Assembly: GCF_009914755.1 (NCBI RefSeq)
Contig: NC_060936.1
Origin: the human T2T-CHM13v2.0 reference genome, Homo sapiens
Length of the DNA: 64,000 bases
Reading direction: 5' to 3' (one strand)
Shown here: positions 50,848 to 64,000 of the stretch, in pieces
How the letters are laid out: the number at the start of each line of letters is the position of its first letter
Position numbering within the stretch: position 1 is the first letter of the stretch
Made by a program: the position numbers and the translations under genes
The notes under the pieces: generated by a model
Told to the model about the DNA's origin: nothing
Database searches by the model: none
What the model saw: only the letters and a program-made list of their open reading frames with translations

Positions 50848-51899
50848 ATTTGCCAGGTAGAAGGACCCAGAGAAAGACTCTTCTTATCACTTTGGGGCCA
50901 CATGGTCCATTTCTGAGGAAACCACTTAGCAAGGAGTTTTCTGTCATTCATCTAGGTGAGGAATGGGATACTCTGAATTGCAGTAATTCCAGAACCACAC
51001 GGAATGGGGGAGCTTAGTTACTCGAAGAAGGAGGAATTGGTACAACCACAGGAAGGAGAGGAAGGGCTCTGGACAGTAACAAAATAGATGTTCATTACAG
51101 TAAGAATAGACATCTATCTTTTCTACTAAGGAGATGATGGAACTTCTGTAGCATTTTCAATAATTCTATGCATAGGCAGTTTATATCAGAGAGGCCAAAT
51201 TATAATTATGCTTTTAATCGTGTGACCTGGAAACAGTAGATTCCATTCCCTAGTACCTGGTATTCATGCACAAATTCTATGAAAAAGACAGATATGGCTT
51301 CTAGCACAGTGCCTGGCACATAGGTGAGACCCAATAAACACTTTTTGAATTAATGAGGGCAGGAATGAACATACTGTCTATAGATATGTCAGTCTCTAAT
51401 CTACTGGTATTTTCAGGAGGTAGGGCTAATTTTTTAAATAAAGACTTTATTTTGTGGACACATACAGCAGTGAAATTTTAAAATTCACACTTCCAAATCA
51501 GCATGTTAGAAACCCTGCCTCATCCTCACACACTGGCTTTAGACAGCAAGAACATCTGAAAGCTTTTGTATAATCTGATTAAGAGCTAAGTAAGAAGAGG
51601 CAAGGGGTTAGCGATTAGTGGTTTAACACCACATTTACCTAAGCTGAAAGGCTTTTTCTAAAGATCTTAAAAAAACCTTTGTGAAGTATGTAATATGAGG
51701 GCTGGGCTTGAAGCCCAAAGTTAACACATCCACTGTCCTTTTTGCCCACTCTTGTCAATTTTTATGGTCAGAGTTCTTCCACACTGAAGCTCTGAGACAA
51801 GTCTCCTCCATTTTCATATGGGACAGAATTAATTCCCTGGTATTGTGGCACCATCAGAAATCTGTATGTTTTTCTACAAATGACTATCCTGGTTGTGAC

Positions 51900-52135
51900 A
51901 TGCATTCTCAAGGGAGGTGATATCACTCCCATGGAGGCAAAAATTGGTTCTTGGGGTGGAGGAAAATCTTCGATATTATAATGATTTGTAGCCCTTCAAA
52001 GGACAGTATAAAAATAGATAGTATATCCCTGGTAATTTCATGGAAGCCGATTAGGAAAAAAATAGCTAAAAAGGCTTCTTAGAAGAGCAGTAATAATAGT
52101 AATACTATATATTTGAAAGGGTTGGGAAATACTGG
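51900..52135. mobile_element. hAT-Charlie type MITE, subfamily uncertain
   Basis: ttctcaagggaggtgatatcactccc ... gggttgggaaatactg terminal repeats. Confidence 0.5.
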
Positions 52136-52309
52136 GTAGTAAGGAAGTGTTTAAAAACACACCAGCGCTGTTTCTTTACACTCCCCAAGAAAAAGACATA
52201 CTCCCCAAGAAAAAAGATTCATGTGTACACTCCCCAAGAAAAAAACATATATTGGAGGATAGAAGACTTGAGTTATAATTTTCATATTTGCCACCAATGA
52301 GCACAGCCA

Positions 52310-52880
52310 TGTATTTACTTATTTATCAAATATTTATTGAATGTCTTGTATGTTCCAGGCACTGTATTAGATAGATACACTATAGCAAAGCTCCTATTCT
52401 TGTAGAGTTTATATTTGGGGATGGGACAGGCAATAAATAAGCTTCGAATGCCTAATAATAATGTAACAATGATGATAGCAACAAATATAATTATAACTGC
52501 TGTCTAGAGTAAATAATCAATTTTAATAATTAATAATAATACATGATATACAGAAATTTCAAGAGGACAACAGATACAGTTGAGCTTATAGAGTGATAAC
52601 AGAGATGGTTTCCTAAGACAGCGGTCTATGACCTGAGTCTCAAATAGTGAGAAGGATAGAGTCCCAAAAAGATCTGGGGGCAGGGCTTTCCAGGCAGGGA
52701 GGAGAGCAAGGCAGAGGTCCTGAGGCTGGAGTGAGTTTGTTTTATCTGAGGAACAAAAAAAGGTAGATGTGGCTGGAATGAACTGAGACTGGGAGAGACA
52801 GGCTGGAGATCAGCTAGGGCCAGATTATCCTGGACCTGCAGGCACTGATGGGGAGCTTGATTTTATTTTAAATGCAGTGT
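52310..52880 (-). mobile_element. L2 LINE
   Basis: atatttattgaatgtcttgtatgttccaggcactgt...gcagaggtcctgaggctggagtgagtttg. Confidence 0.75.
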
Positions 52881-53399
52881 GACATCCTGCAAGTCATTCT
52901 GTTTCTGTCAAATGGCAAGGATGGGGTGATGAGGATGGAGCAGCTGAATGATTCTCACAGTCTGGAATGCTAAGTCTAACCTTATCTAATTCAGGACCTG
53001 GGAGAGGTGCTTTGAGTATCTACAGTGAGGAAAGTAAGGTAGCAAAAAGACCTCAGATCCTGCCTCCCAGAATCCTGTCACTAGGGCTGGGGAAAGAAAG
53101 GAGTGGAGAGCGTTCAGGGCTGGGATGCTATATTCCTGTAAAACCAGAACCTGTTCTTCTTCCACTTTTAATTTTTGAGGTGCATAGGATTTTTTTTCAC
53201 TTTGACAATCTGCTTCTCATATTACTTTAGCTTTCTGTAGTGAGAAAAAGCACAGGATTAGGGGTCAGGTGCCTCAGGCTCCAGAACCCCATCTGTTAGT
53301 AAATAGCTAACCTGATCCAGACCATTCCCGGATCTGGGCCTCCAGACCCTCATCTGGGGACCATCATTAGGATTCCTTCTGTGATTTGATTATTTTCCT

Positions 53400-55100
53400 C
53401 CCTGCCAGAGCCGGGGAGGAGTCTAAACCCTTGCATGCAAGTCCACCAAAGCTGTCCTAAAATAATAAAGCAATTTCCTTTGAAATGGTCAGAAGAAAAG
53501 TCAGGAGGCCCTTGCAAAATGTGATGAAACCCAGCCCCAGCTGAATATTAAGTTAGCGAGGGGTCTGCAATGAGGGTGGGGGGCTGGGGAGAGAAGAGAG
53601 ATGCAGGGTTGGGGAGAGAGAAATTTTAATTGCAATTGTTTGGCCTGCTGATCCTAGGCAAATGACAAGAAGCCCCCAAGCAGCCTCAAACACAGATATT
53701 TGAAAGGCAGAGACGGCTGGGGGATGGTTTGGTTTCTCCCTCCCCTCTGAGGCTGTTTGAGGAACGGTCTACAGTGCTGACAAGCACGGGTTTTGGAGGC
53801 CATTGAAAAGTTTTGGGCCTAAATAGGGTAGGCAGCTTGGCTTAAGTGTTGCTAAGGAATACCTGGCAACCAGCAACAATAGGCCTTTTAGAGAATCCAG
53901 GGCAAACAGTGACCGTGGTAATGGGGTGGGCTTAAGGGTCTCCTTGCCCGGCTGGGCCCCTCCTCTTCTCACACAGAGGCCTGGGCACTGGGCTATGTTC
54001 CGGAAATTCCCTGCACAAAGCCCCATTCAGTGGGAGGAGGGCCAATGCGTGTGCTTTGGGGGCAGTGGGGGTGGAGACAGGGGATAGGGAGAGGGCGGGG
54101 GAGGGGGTACCGGAGAAGGAGCTTTACTGCCAAAAAAAAAAAAAAAAACCTCTCAAGTCTCTTTCTTCTCGCAAAGACTAAAAGAGGCACAGAAAGTGCT
54201 AAGTTTGTAAAAGAGTCTGAAAAGGTTCAGAAAAGTAGCATAAAAGGAACTGGGGAACGCCCCGTGAATTTTGAACAGAGAGCAGAAAAGGGACCCTAAA
54301 AAGCAATTAGTGATGCTGCTTGTAAATGAAGAGGCACCTAGTTTGGGGTGGGGAGCTGAGTCTGGAGGTAGGTGTGCAGGGGTGCAGCAGGTGGTGGGGG
54401 TTGAGGGGCAGGTGAGGAGAATGAAGTGGGGCGGGAAGCGGGTGAGGGGAAGGGGAGGCCAGTGAAGAATGGATGGATGGAAACTGGGGAACTGTGGCCT
54501 CAGTCCCCACTCTAACCACATGCCTTCAGGCTGCTCTCTCCTTGGGCTGTGCAGATGCCCCACCCACTCAGTTTCTGTCCCCTGGTAAGGCAGCCCCCCG
54601 AAAGTCATGGGTGCCTGGGACAGTGACCAGCACCCAGAGTCTGAGCAGTCTCCCCAGTCCCTTCAGTCTCTGATAACCATGAAAGAAGCCCTGACGTTCT
54701 GTGTGAGTGTAGACTGCACACTCCTCACAAGTAGGCAAATGGCAGGATGCTCCAGGGAGCTGGGTGTCTGCCTGCGTTCCTGGGGGAGGCTCACATGACA
54801 GTCAGTGAAGGAAGGCCAGGGAGCCAACAAATTAGCGCTCTACAAATTCCACGTGCCTGAGCTGCATAACATTCATGCTGAAATACCCTACTCAAAGGCT
54901 CTAAAGATAATAATTTTACATTTCCAGCAGAATGTGCACGGTGACAATTATCTGTATTCCTACTGTGTCGCAGCATCAACCGATAATCAAGAGAATTATG
55001 TTCCAGTTGAAAGCAGATTTAAATAAACAGACACTAAATGGAAGCCAATAATAGATGTACCAAAATAGTCCAGGCAAGGAAGCAGCCATTCAGATAAAGA
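53400..55100. promoter_or_regulatory. Candidate conserved distal enhancer of ASCL1
   Basis: 1.7 kb repeat-free block; TTTTAATTGCAATTGTT, AACAATAG 53875-53882, CCAAT and GC box ~54042-54100, TGACAG ~54796, CCACGTGCC 54849-54857. Confidence 0.6.
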
Positions 55101-57515
55101 GCTGTTTAGTCGAGGAGACATGAGGCATCCAGAGCGCAGAGTTTACAGCTCTCTGTCTGTGGCTCAGCCTGTCTGATTCTTTCTAGCTGTCCTCTGCAGA
55201 CCCGACCAGAGGACTATCCTAAACTGATCCTTTTCCCCTCCTTTCCTTCCTCCCTCCCTTCTCCCTCTTCCTCCCTCTTCTTTGTTTCTTCAACAAAAAT
55301 TCACTATTTATTATCAACGAGGTACATTTGGGCACCATCATTAAAATTAATAAACCCTACCCTTCTTTGATTTTTGTGTCCTTCTGTTCAAGATTTAAAC
55401 CGGATCATGTTGGCCCTGCATGGGGCTAGGGAGGAGGGTATTAGTAAGTTCTTTCAAGGAAAAATCTAACTGCTGTTTCTTTAAGAAGGGAGAATGGGAT
55501 ACTAAAGAGACAAACTATTGGAGTTCTACTACATATTCTTTCAATGATTGCACATTTGTTGGAGGTCACTGTGTGTTCCAGGCATTGTCCTAGGTACTGT
55601 GAATTCAAAGATAAAAGCACTTGTTCCTGCCCTCACAAAGCTTCCAACCTTGCAGGGAAGGAATAAGCAGGCCTGGTGACAGCTGGATGGGCATGGGTAC
55701 AATGCATGATGGAAGCACCAGAGAAATGCTCTGCCGGGGTAAGGTGAAGGAGACATCAAGAGGAGGCAGCTGTGCCTTGAAGGAAAATAACTTAAATGAA
55801 TTTACAAATTCATCTGGAAATAATTGTTGAAGCACAGGAACGAGATAAACTGCTGAGAGAACATGTAGAATGAGGCAAAGAGAAGTGTGTACACGCAAAC
55901 CAACATTAAAGTCAAGTTCAACAAAAATATTGAGTCTCCTCTGAAAACTAGTATTATACTTGCTTTTAATGTCTTCAAAACTTAGCAGAATGCCTGGCAT
56001 GCAATAAAGCATTTAATATCACTTGAGTATTTAAGTCATCACATAATACCTTCCACAATGCCCAACAAAACACATCTTCTTTTTGTTTGTTAAGAATTTA
56101 AGCCATGTGCTAAGTATCCATTATAGCATCTATCTATCTACCTATCTATCTATCAATCTATCCATCTATCATCTATTTACCTATCTGTGTATCTACCTAT
56201 CTTACACATATAAAGGCTAACATTTATTGAACATCATCATGAATCAGATACCTTGCTAAACTCTGCACACAATTTCATCATATAGTTAATGTTAATTCCA
56301 TTTTATAAATGAGGACACTGAGGCTCAGAACAGTTTAGCCATCCAAGAACTAAAACCTTGCCTGGCCAACTGCAAAGCCTGTACTCTGATCCCAAGGTCA
56401 CACACTTCTCTCTATCAAAGAAGATGAAACATGAGTTGAGGTCTTTAGGAGCTTATTGCCTGGCTGGGGAGAAAAGAACACCTTCTTGAAATGGTAGAGA
56501 ATAACCATAAAGTGCAAAGTAAGAAAGAACCTGTTATATTGGTAAGTTACCAAGAAAACTGCTTGAGGAAGGCTAATGCTAGACTTAAAGTTAGACAGTT
56601 GTTAGTTTGGATCCCATAACCTACTTATTGTACAATGTTATGTGCAATGAATGCCAATTCTCCTAATCTATTAACTGAGTGGAAAATATTTCTTCACAGG
56701 TACATTTTTGACTCTATGGGAAGCTATGTTATAGAAAGCTCAGTGAACAAGATGGACACCCACATTGTAGAAATATTTCCTCCCATCTCACTTTAACAGA
56801 AAAAAAGCCCAAACAAACAAAAACAAGACAAATTGAAAAAGAGCTTCAAGTAGAGAAAGCATCAAGAATATAGAACTACATTTCTTTGTCAAAATATTTA
56901 TAATAAAAAGAAATGACATCATTGTGGAAAGGCAAAGGCTCATATTTATAAATATTAGAAAGAAAAATTTAGCAATGAATATTATGTGATGATATTTAAA
57001 CTTTGAGAAGATAGTTGGATGTTTCTCTTTATAAAACAGCTATAAATTAAGGCCAAAAGAAGATGGGAAATTCTAGTTTCTCTTTAGTGGTTTTCTTTTA
57101 CTGTCTGTATTTATTATTACTTTGTAGCTACACATGATTGCCAGAATAAGGAAAGTAATCTACTCCACTAATTTATCTGCTCAGGAGGAATGAAAGTCAA
57201 GGAAGATGAAATTGAATTTCTGTTTTATTCAGCATTCTTTAAGAATAGTTTTCTTTAGGAAAAATATCTCATTATTACTTACAATAACAATAAGGAAAAA
57301 TTCTCATTTCCTAAATGTCTCATTTAGGAAAAATGTCTCATTATTACTTACAATAACAGTAAATAATAAAAAGTATCCATGTTTTTTAATAATGGGCTTT
57401 TCAGGACCACAGACAGCTCAGAACATTTTAGTCACTTACACACCCTGCCCATTGTATATCATATCATGGATAGATTTGAAATTTCATATACATTCTCATT
57501 ATACAATTTTTAAAA

Positions 57516-57818
57516 TTTTCTTTCTTTTCTTTTTTCAAGACAGAGTTTTGTTCTGCCATCCAGGCTGGAGTACAGTGGCATGCTCACAGCTCACTGCAGC
57601 CTTGACCTCCTAGGCTCAAACAATCCTCCCACCTCAGCCTCTCCAGTAGCTGAGACTACAGGCATGTGCCACCACACGTGGATAATTTTTGTATTTTTTG
57701 TATAGATAGGGTTTCATCATTTTTCCCAGGCTGATATTGAATTCCTGGGCTCAGGCGATCCACTCACCTCTGCTTCCCACACTGCTGGGATTATAGGCAT
57801 GAACCACCGCACCCAGCT
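57516..57818 (-). mobile_element. AluJ
   Basis: gcagccttgacctcctaggctcaaacaatcctcccacctcagcc AluJ diagnostics. Confidence 0.9.
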
Positions 57819-58964
57819 CAATCTTTATTTTCAAATTTATATTTTCAGTCTAAAAGAAAAAGACGTGTTTGGGAATGCTAAGTCTCTAGTTATTTTTCCT
57901 CATTTTCATTCATTGTTGGTATTTCATCTCAATTTTAATTATGCACTTAATGTACTCAGTAATGAGTGATAAGATTAGCTAAGATCTAGATTGTCCTCAA
58001 ATTGTTTCTTCAAAATGTCCTTGACACTTTAAAGCAAAACTTACTCTAATTGAGTTTGAATGTGCAATAAAATGGAGATATAGAGAAGAAATAAATCTGT
58101 AAAATATCAGATTACATTTACCTTTTTTTTTCAAGTTTCATATAAACCAAGGTGAAGAGGTGTTCTAGAGTTTCTCCTCTCCTTTCCAATGAGGGGAGGA
58201 CCTCCAGGGTCAATAATTTAGAATGGGGTTAAGAAGGAAAAAAATATGGACAGAGAAAGTCAAGAGGCAGTCGGATGTGGACTGGTATAAGTAGCTATAT
58301 CATTTAACCAAAACTCTTTCAGTTGCTAGTGAAAAAAACCTAAATCAAACCAATGTGAACAGTAAGAGAGAATTTGTTGATCATATATGAAAAAGTACAA
58401 GACTATACAGCCTCAGGAACCGTTGTACCTGAGTGCTCATATTACATATTATTAGAATTTTTTTTACTCCCTATATCTCAGCTTAACTTTCTTTACAATG
58501 GCTTAATTCTCAGGGAGGTTTTCTCTTTATGCTAACAAGGTGGGCACCACTAGCTCCAGGCCTACATTCTATCAGCATAGCAACTCCAAAGAAAAGTTTC
58601 AGCAAAACTTCTGCTGTTTCCACTGTGTTTAGGGGATTAGACACACTGATTGGCTAAGCCTGAGTCATGTGCTAACTCCAGAAGCTACAAATTGGATGAG
58701 ATCCAGAAGAATCACATGAACTGAGAGGAGGGGAAGAGAGTTTCTTCAAAGGAACCATAGGTGAAATGAATGACAGGCAAGTAGAAACAATAGATGTTTG
58801 TTACTAGTGCATCAATTTGTTACTAGTGCCATAACAGAATACCACAAATTGAGTGGCTTAAACAACAGAAATATATTGTCTTACAGTTCTAGAGGCTACA
58901 AGTCCAAAATCAAGGTGTCAGCAGCGTTGGCTCCTCCTGAGGGCTGTGAGAGGAGGATTCACAG

Positions 58965-60113
58965 TGGCACCCCAGGCCTGTCCCCTGAAATCATTCTGTC
59001 CTCTTAAGCCTCTGGCCTCTGATGGGAGGGTGGCCTGCTGAAATGCATTTGGAGCTTTTTTTCTCCTTAATCTTGACGATTAGAACCTCTAATCTCTCTA
59101 GCTAGTGGTTGCACCACAGCACCCTTGGATTTCTCTCCTGAAAATGCTCTTTCCTTCTCTACCACATGGCCAAGCTGAAGATTTTTCCAGATTTTTAAAC
59201 TCTGCTTCCTTTTTAATCATAAATTCCACTTTCAGATCATTTCTTTGCTGCTGTATTTGATCATAAGCTGTTAAAAGTAGCCACACCGCATCTTGAAGAC
59301 TTTCTTGATTAGAAATTTCTTTCACAAGATGCCCTAGGCCACCACTCTTAAATTCAGCCTTCCGCAAACCCTAGGGCATGAATACAATGTAGCCAAGTTC
59401 TTTGCTGTGGCAGTGTAACAAGAGTGATCTTTATTCCAGCTCCCAATAACTTCCTCATTTCCATCTGAGACCTCATCATCTGGGCCTTTACTGTCCCTAT
59501 TTCTATCAGCATTTTGGTTACAACCACTTAACTAGTTTCTAACAAGTTCCCAACCTTCTTTTATCTTTTTATCTTCTTCTGAGCTCCCTAAACTCTTCTA
59601 ACCACTGCCTATTACCCAGTTCCAAAGCTGCTTACACATTTTTAGGTATCTATAGCAACACCCCACTTCTTGGTACCAATTTTTTGTCTCAGTTTGTTTT
59701 TGTTGCTATAAAGGAATACCCATAGCTGGGTAATTTATAAAGAAATATTTATTTGGCTTATGGTTCTGCACACTATACAAGAAAGCATGGTGCCAGCATC
59801 TGCTTCTGATAGGGCCTCAAGTTTTGCCCATTCATGGCAGGAAGAGAATGGAAGCCAGTGTGTGCAGAGATCACATGGCAAGAGAGAGAGCAAGAGAGAG
59901 AGGAGGGAGGTGCCAGGCCCTTTTTAAAAACCAACTGTCAAGAGAACTGATAAAAGTGAGAACCCATTCACCCCCATCTCCAGGAAGGGCATTAATCTAT
60001 ACATGAGGGATCTGCCCCCATGACCTGAATACCTCCCATTAGGACCTACTTTCAACATTGGGGATCAAATTTCAACATTAGGTTTGGAGGGCATAAATAT
60101 CCTAACTATAGCA
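58965..60113 (-). mobile_element. MSTB-type MaLR: partial internal region (58965-59685) plus LTR (59686-60113), within an MLT1 LTR
   Basis: Internal sequence similar to the THE1 internal region at 39300-39900; LTR tgttgctataaaggaatacc...gcatggtgccagcatctgcttctg...aactatagca. Confidence 0.8.
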
Positions 60114-60318
60114 GCCTATCATCAAATAATGTCACATTCTGACCTTGTTGGAGGTTAGGACTCCAATATATTTCTTTTGTTGAGGTACACAATTTAACCC
60201 ATAATATGCCTCTACACTAGGTGTACTTTATTTTCTTGGTCAAGATTACCTCTGCCCTTTTAATTTAATCATTTGTTATAGGAAATACTTTTCACCTAGA
60301 AAGGCTTCTATTGGTAGG

Positions 60319-60862
<544 letters not shown>

Positions 60863-60950
60863 TTAAAAGGAGTATTCCCTAGTTAAAAAATTTGGAAAAT
60901 GTTTCTTATGTTATTCCTCTCTTGAATAACTATAATGGATATTAGCATAT

Positions 60951-61425
60951 TGTGGTAAATTGATTATAGTGATGTTGTAATTATTCAGCTGTCCCTACAC
61001 CCAGGTCCTTTGCAATGTAATGCTGGGAGTTCCTTCTATCAAAAGGTGGAATATATTTCCTGCCCCTTGACCCATTTTTTGTTTGGCTATGTGTCTTGCC
61101 TTGGACTATAGAGGTTATCCAGCTTGATGCTCTTTTGATGCTCTTGTGCTTTTCCACTCCTCTTCTTGCTTCTCTGCTGTTCTCTTCCAGCTAGCCTGCT
61201 GGAAGATGAAACATATGCAGCAGAATCAAGTTGCCCTGTCATCCTGGCCAAGGCTATGCTAGAGCAGTCAACTGCCAGACAATTCCAAGACATGTAAGCA
61301 AGCCAAGATCTGCACACCATAAAGGCAACCTGTAGACTTATGGGCAATAATAAATGGTTGTTGCTTTAAGCCATCAAGTTATTGGGCTTGTTATTTAGCA
61401 TTTTTGTGGCAATAGAGAACCTACA
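60951..61425 (+). mobile_element. MLT1F/G-like LTR
   Basis: tgtggtaaattgatt...cctttgcaatgt...aaaggtggaatatatttcc...aataaatggttgttgctttaagcc...gtggcaatag. Confidence 0.7.
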
Positions 61426-62644
61426 CCTGTATCAAAGCTTCCAAGAAGTCCTGCATAAAGAAATACTTTAACTTGGTTTAAACCAGCACATTCCAAATGT
61501 ACCATTATAGCATAACTATTAACTTCCAGAAGAAAAAATATTGTGGAACTCTATATTGGGAAATTCTTCCGTAGTCATATCCAGGAATGACAACACTAAA
61601 CAGATTTTTAAAAATTCCTAGGTTATTGATTACCATCTATGGTGCAGGCAGTGAATTGGTTTTTAGTATCCATTTAAACTCTATGCTGTATGATTCATGA
61701 CTCTGTAAAGGTTGCAAATATAACCAATATATTTCTCAGATTCCCTTGAAGCTACTTTTTAAAATGCACACAGTTTCCCCCAGTTAGATATGCTCGTATG
61801 AGATTTGAAATGTGAAAGAGAGGCAGAGCTATTGTCCTATTTTTAGCCTTTGTTGTTGACAAGCAAGGTCTTGGGGACTTTCTTTTTCTGAAGCAACACT
61901 TCAATGTCTAGTTTTGCTTCTGGATGTTGAGAGGCACTGGGGGTGGCATCAGCAGTGGCATTTTGTTTTGTCCATTATGACCATCATAGTATGTTCTTGA
62001 ATCAACAGTTCCAGAGTATATGAAAAGAATAGCCATGATGTTGGCACCAGTTTTCTGAGAATCAATGCTGGATGTCAAGACTAAAGTTCTCTTCTTCAAC
62101 TCTCCCAATGATGTACTAAGTAACCAGATTCCTATATAAAACCGCTTTCTGCATAAAATAAATTGAGAGGGTTCTGTGTCCTGCCTGAATTGATGACAGA
62201 TTCTATATTTAATGCATTTGAGTCTAAGATTCCTTATCTGTAAAAATTAGGGTAAATAATATCTTACTTGAGATAATGGGTAGCTTGTAACTTGCAAGAG
62301 AGCAATTGCTCAATTAAGGGGATTCTCCTAATATGGCATGGCATCTTTTAGAAGTACTAACTTTATTTTTCTCTTTGTTGCATATTTTAGGAGGAGGAGG
62401 AGCCGGTAACATACATTTGTTACTTGGAAAATGGGAAGTATTTTTCTTTTCTCATCTGACAAGAGCAAATGCCATTCATTTTCTGCCATCATGGCAAGGA
62501 AAATGCATTTAAAAGACACAAAGGTGAGAATAAGAGTGAGAGTGAGTGAAAGAGGCAGAGTGGGAGAGTGAGAGAGAGTTACAGAGTGAGAGAAAGAAAG
62601 TGAGAGAGTAAGATAACTCTTACTCTGTAAGGCTGTTGCTACCT

Positions 62645-63003
62645 TGATATGGTTTGGCTGTGTCCCCACCCAAATTTCATCTTGAATTGTAGTTCCCATA
62701 ATCCCCACATGTCATGGGAGGGTAACTGAATCATGGGGACTGTTACCCTCATGCTGTTGCTGTGATAGTGAGTTCTCATGAGATCTGATGGTTTTATATG
62801 GGGCTTTCCCATCCTCCTTCACTCTGCACTTCTTCCTGCTGCCACTATGTAAAAAAGAAAGCGTTTGTTTCCGCTTCCATGATGATCATAGGTTTCCTGA
62901 GGCCTCCCCAGCCCTGTGCAACTATGAGTGGATTAAACTTCTTTCCTTCATATATTACCCAGTCTTGGGTATGTTATTAGCAGCTTGAGAACAGACTAAT
63001 ACA
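62645..63003 (+). mobile_element. Solo THE1C-like LTR
   Basis: tgatatggtttggctgtgtccccaccc...gagaacagactaataca; perfect TSD tacct (62640-62644 / 63004-63008). Confidence 0.93.
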
Positions 63004-63802
63004 TACCTTCATTCAGGGTCTTTATACCATCTGTTATTTCCTCTTTTTGCAAATCTCTCCCCCCCCCAACTCTGTGTGTGTGTGTGTGTTTGTGTGTGTG
63101 TGTCTGTGTTGGTATCTTTCCCATCAATATTTACACATATTTTAGTCTTTTTAATTAAAAAAAATTAAAATCCTCCATCTATTCCATTTCTCAGCATTTT
63201 CCTGCTTTTCACAGACAAAAGTCTTGAAAGTGTTAACTACATTTGCTGCTTTCATTTCTTCCCTTCCCATCCATTCCTCAACCCCCAGAAATCCAGATTC
63301 TGTCTTGTTACCTCCATGAAAATGTTCTCTAACATCAACTACTCACATCACTTAGCTGCGTATCAGCCATCAACCATTTGTTTCCTAAGCTTCAGCTGGC
63401 AGAATTTACCACTCCTTCCCTTTAGACACATTTTTTTTCTTTGCTCTACACAACGAGACACCCTGCTCTTTACTAAGAATTTGTTTCCTTTTCTTCCTGG
63501 CCTTGCAGCTAGACTACATTTCTCACTCTCTCCCACACTCCTAGTGACTGAATTCTACTCGATGGGATGACTGGGAGTAATGTATGTCATTTCTGAACTG
63601 AAGCTTTTAAGAAGTGAGGAGGACCTCCCATGCTCTCTTTTTACCATCCTATTGACTGAATGAAGACAAAAGCACGAGATGGTAGATCCACAAGACAAAA
63701 GGAACCTGACGAACTTGGGTTCCTGATTCACCATGTGGAGAAGTGCCACCCAAGAATGAGGGACATGTAAATGAGAAATAAACCTCCACAGTGTTTGAAC
63801 AT

Positions 63803-63996
63803 TATATATATAATATATATAATATATAATATATAATATATATAATATATATAATATATAATATATATAATATATAATATATATAATATATATAATATAT
63901 AATATATATAATATATAATATATATAAAATATATAATATATATAATATATATGATATATATAATATATAATATATATGATATATATAATATATAAT
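63803..63996. repeat. (TATATAA)n AT-rich heptamer tandem repeat
   Basis: About 190 bp of almost pure A/T, 7-bp period, with a few G variants near the end. Confidence 0.95.
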
Positions 63997-64000
63997 GGTT

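Overview
Human (or very close hominid) genomic DNA. From memory of the mRNA, bases 186-~1335 are the second, entirely non-coding exon (3' UTR) of ASCL1 on chr12q23, preceded by the end of its single intron. The rest is the gene desert downstream of ASCL1. I see no protein-coding gene: the ORF track consists of low-complexity, Alu, L1 and MaLR artefacts. The first ~8 kb is CpG-rich, lacks young transposons and carries candidate regulatory elements. Two further repeat-free, motif-dense blocks lie at ~18.8-19.7 kb and ~53.4-55.1 kb. The remainder is mostly interspersed repeats: 8 Alus, L1PA/L1M pieces, L2/MIR, a complete THE1A provirus, solo THE1C and MLT2A LTRs, an MSTB remnant, MLT1 LTRs and several DNA-transposon MITEs. 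Most notable observations: (i) one ordered motif cassette (MEIS / PBX-HOX / inverted CCAAT / MEIS) occurs twice downstream of ASCL1, each copy abutting a long purine-pyrimidine tract; (ii) an inverted local duplication copies an MLT1-L1 chimeric junction across a 1.4 kb spacer; (iii) there is a near-perfect 132-bp tandem duplication; (iv) there is a possible L1 3' transduction. I found no evidence for a new coding system. Repeat subfamily names and old-repeat boundaries are by eye and approximate.
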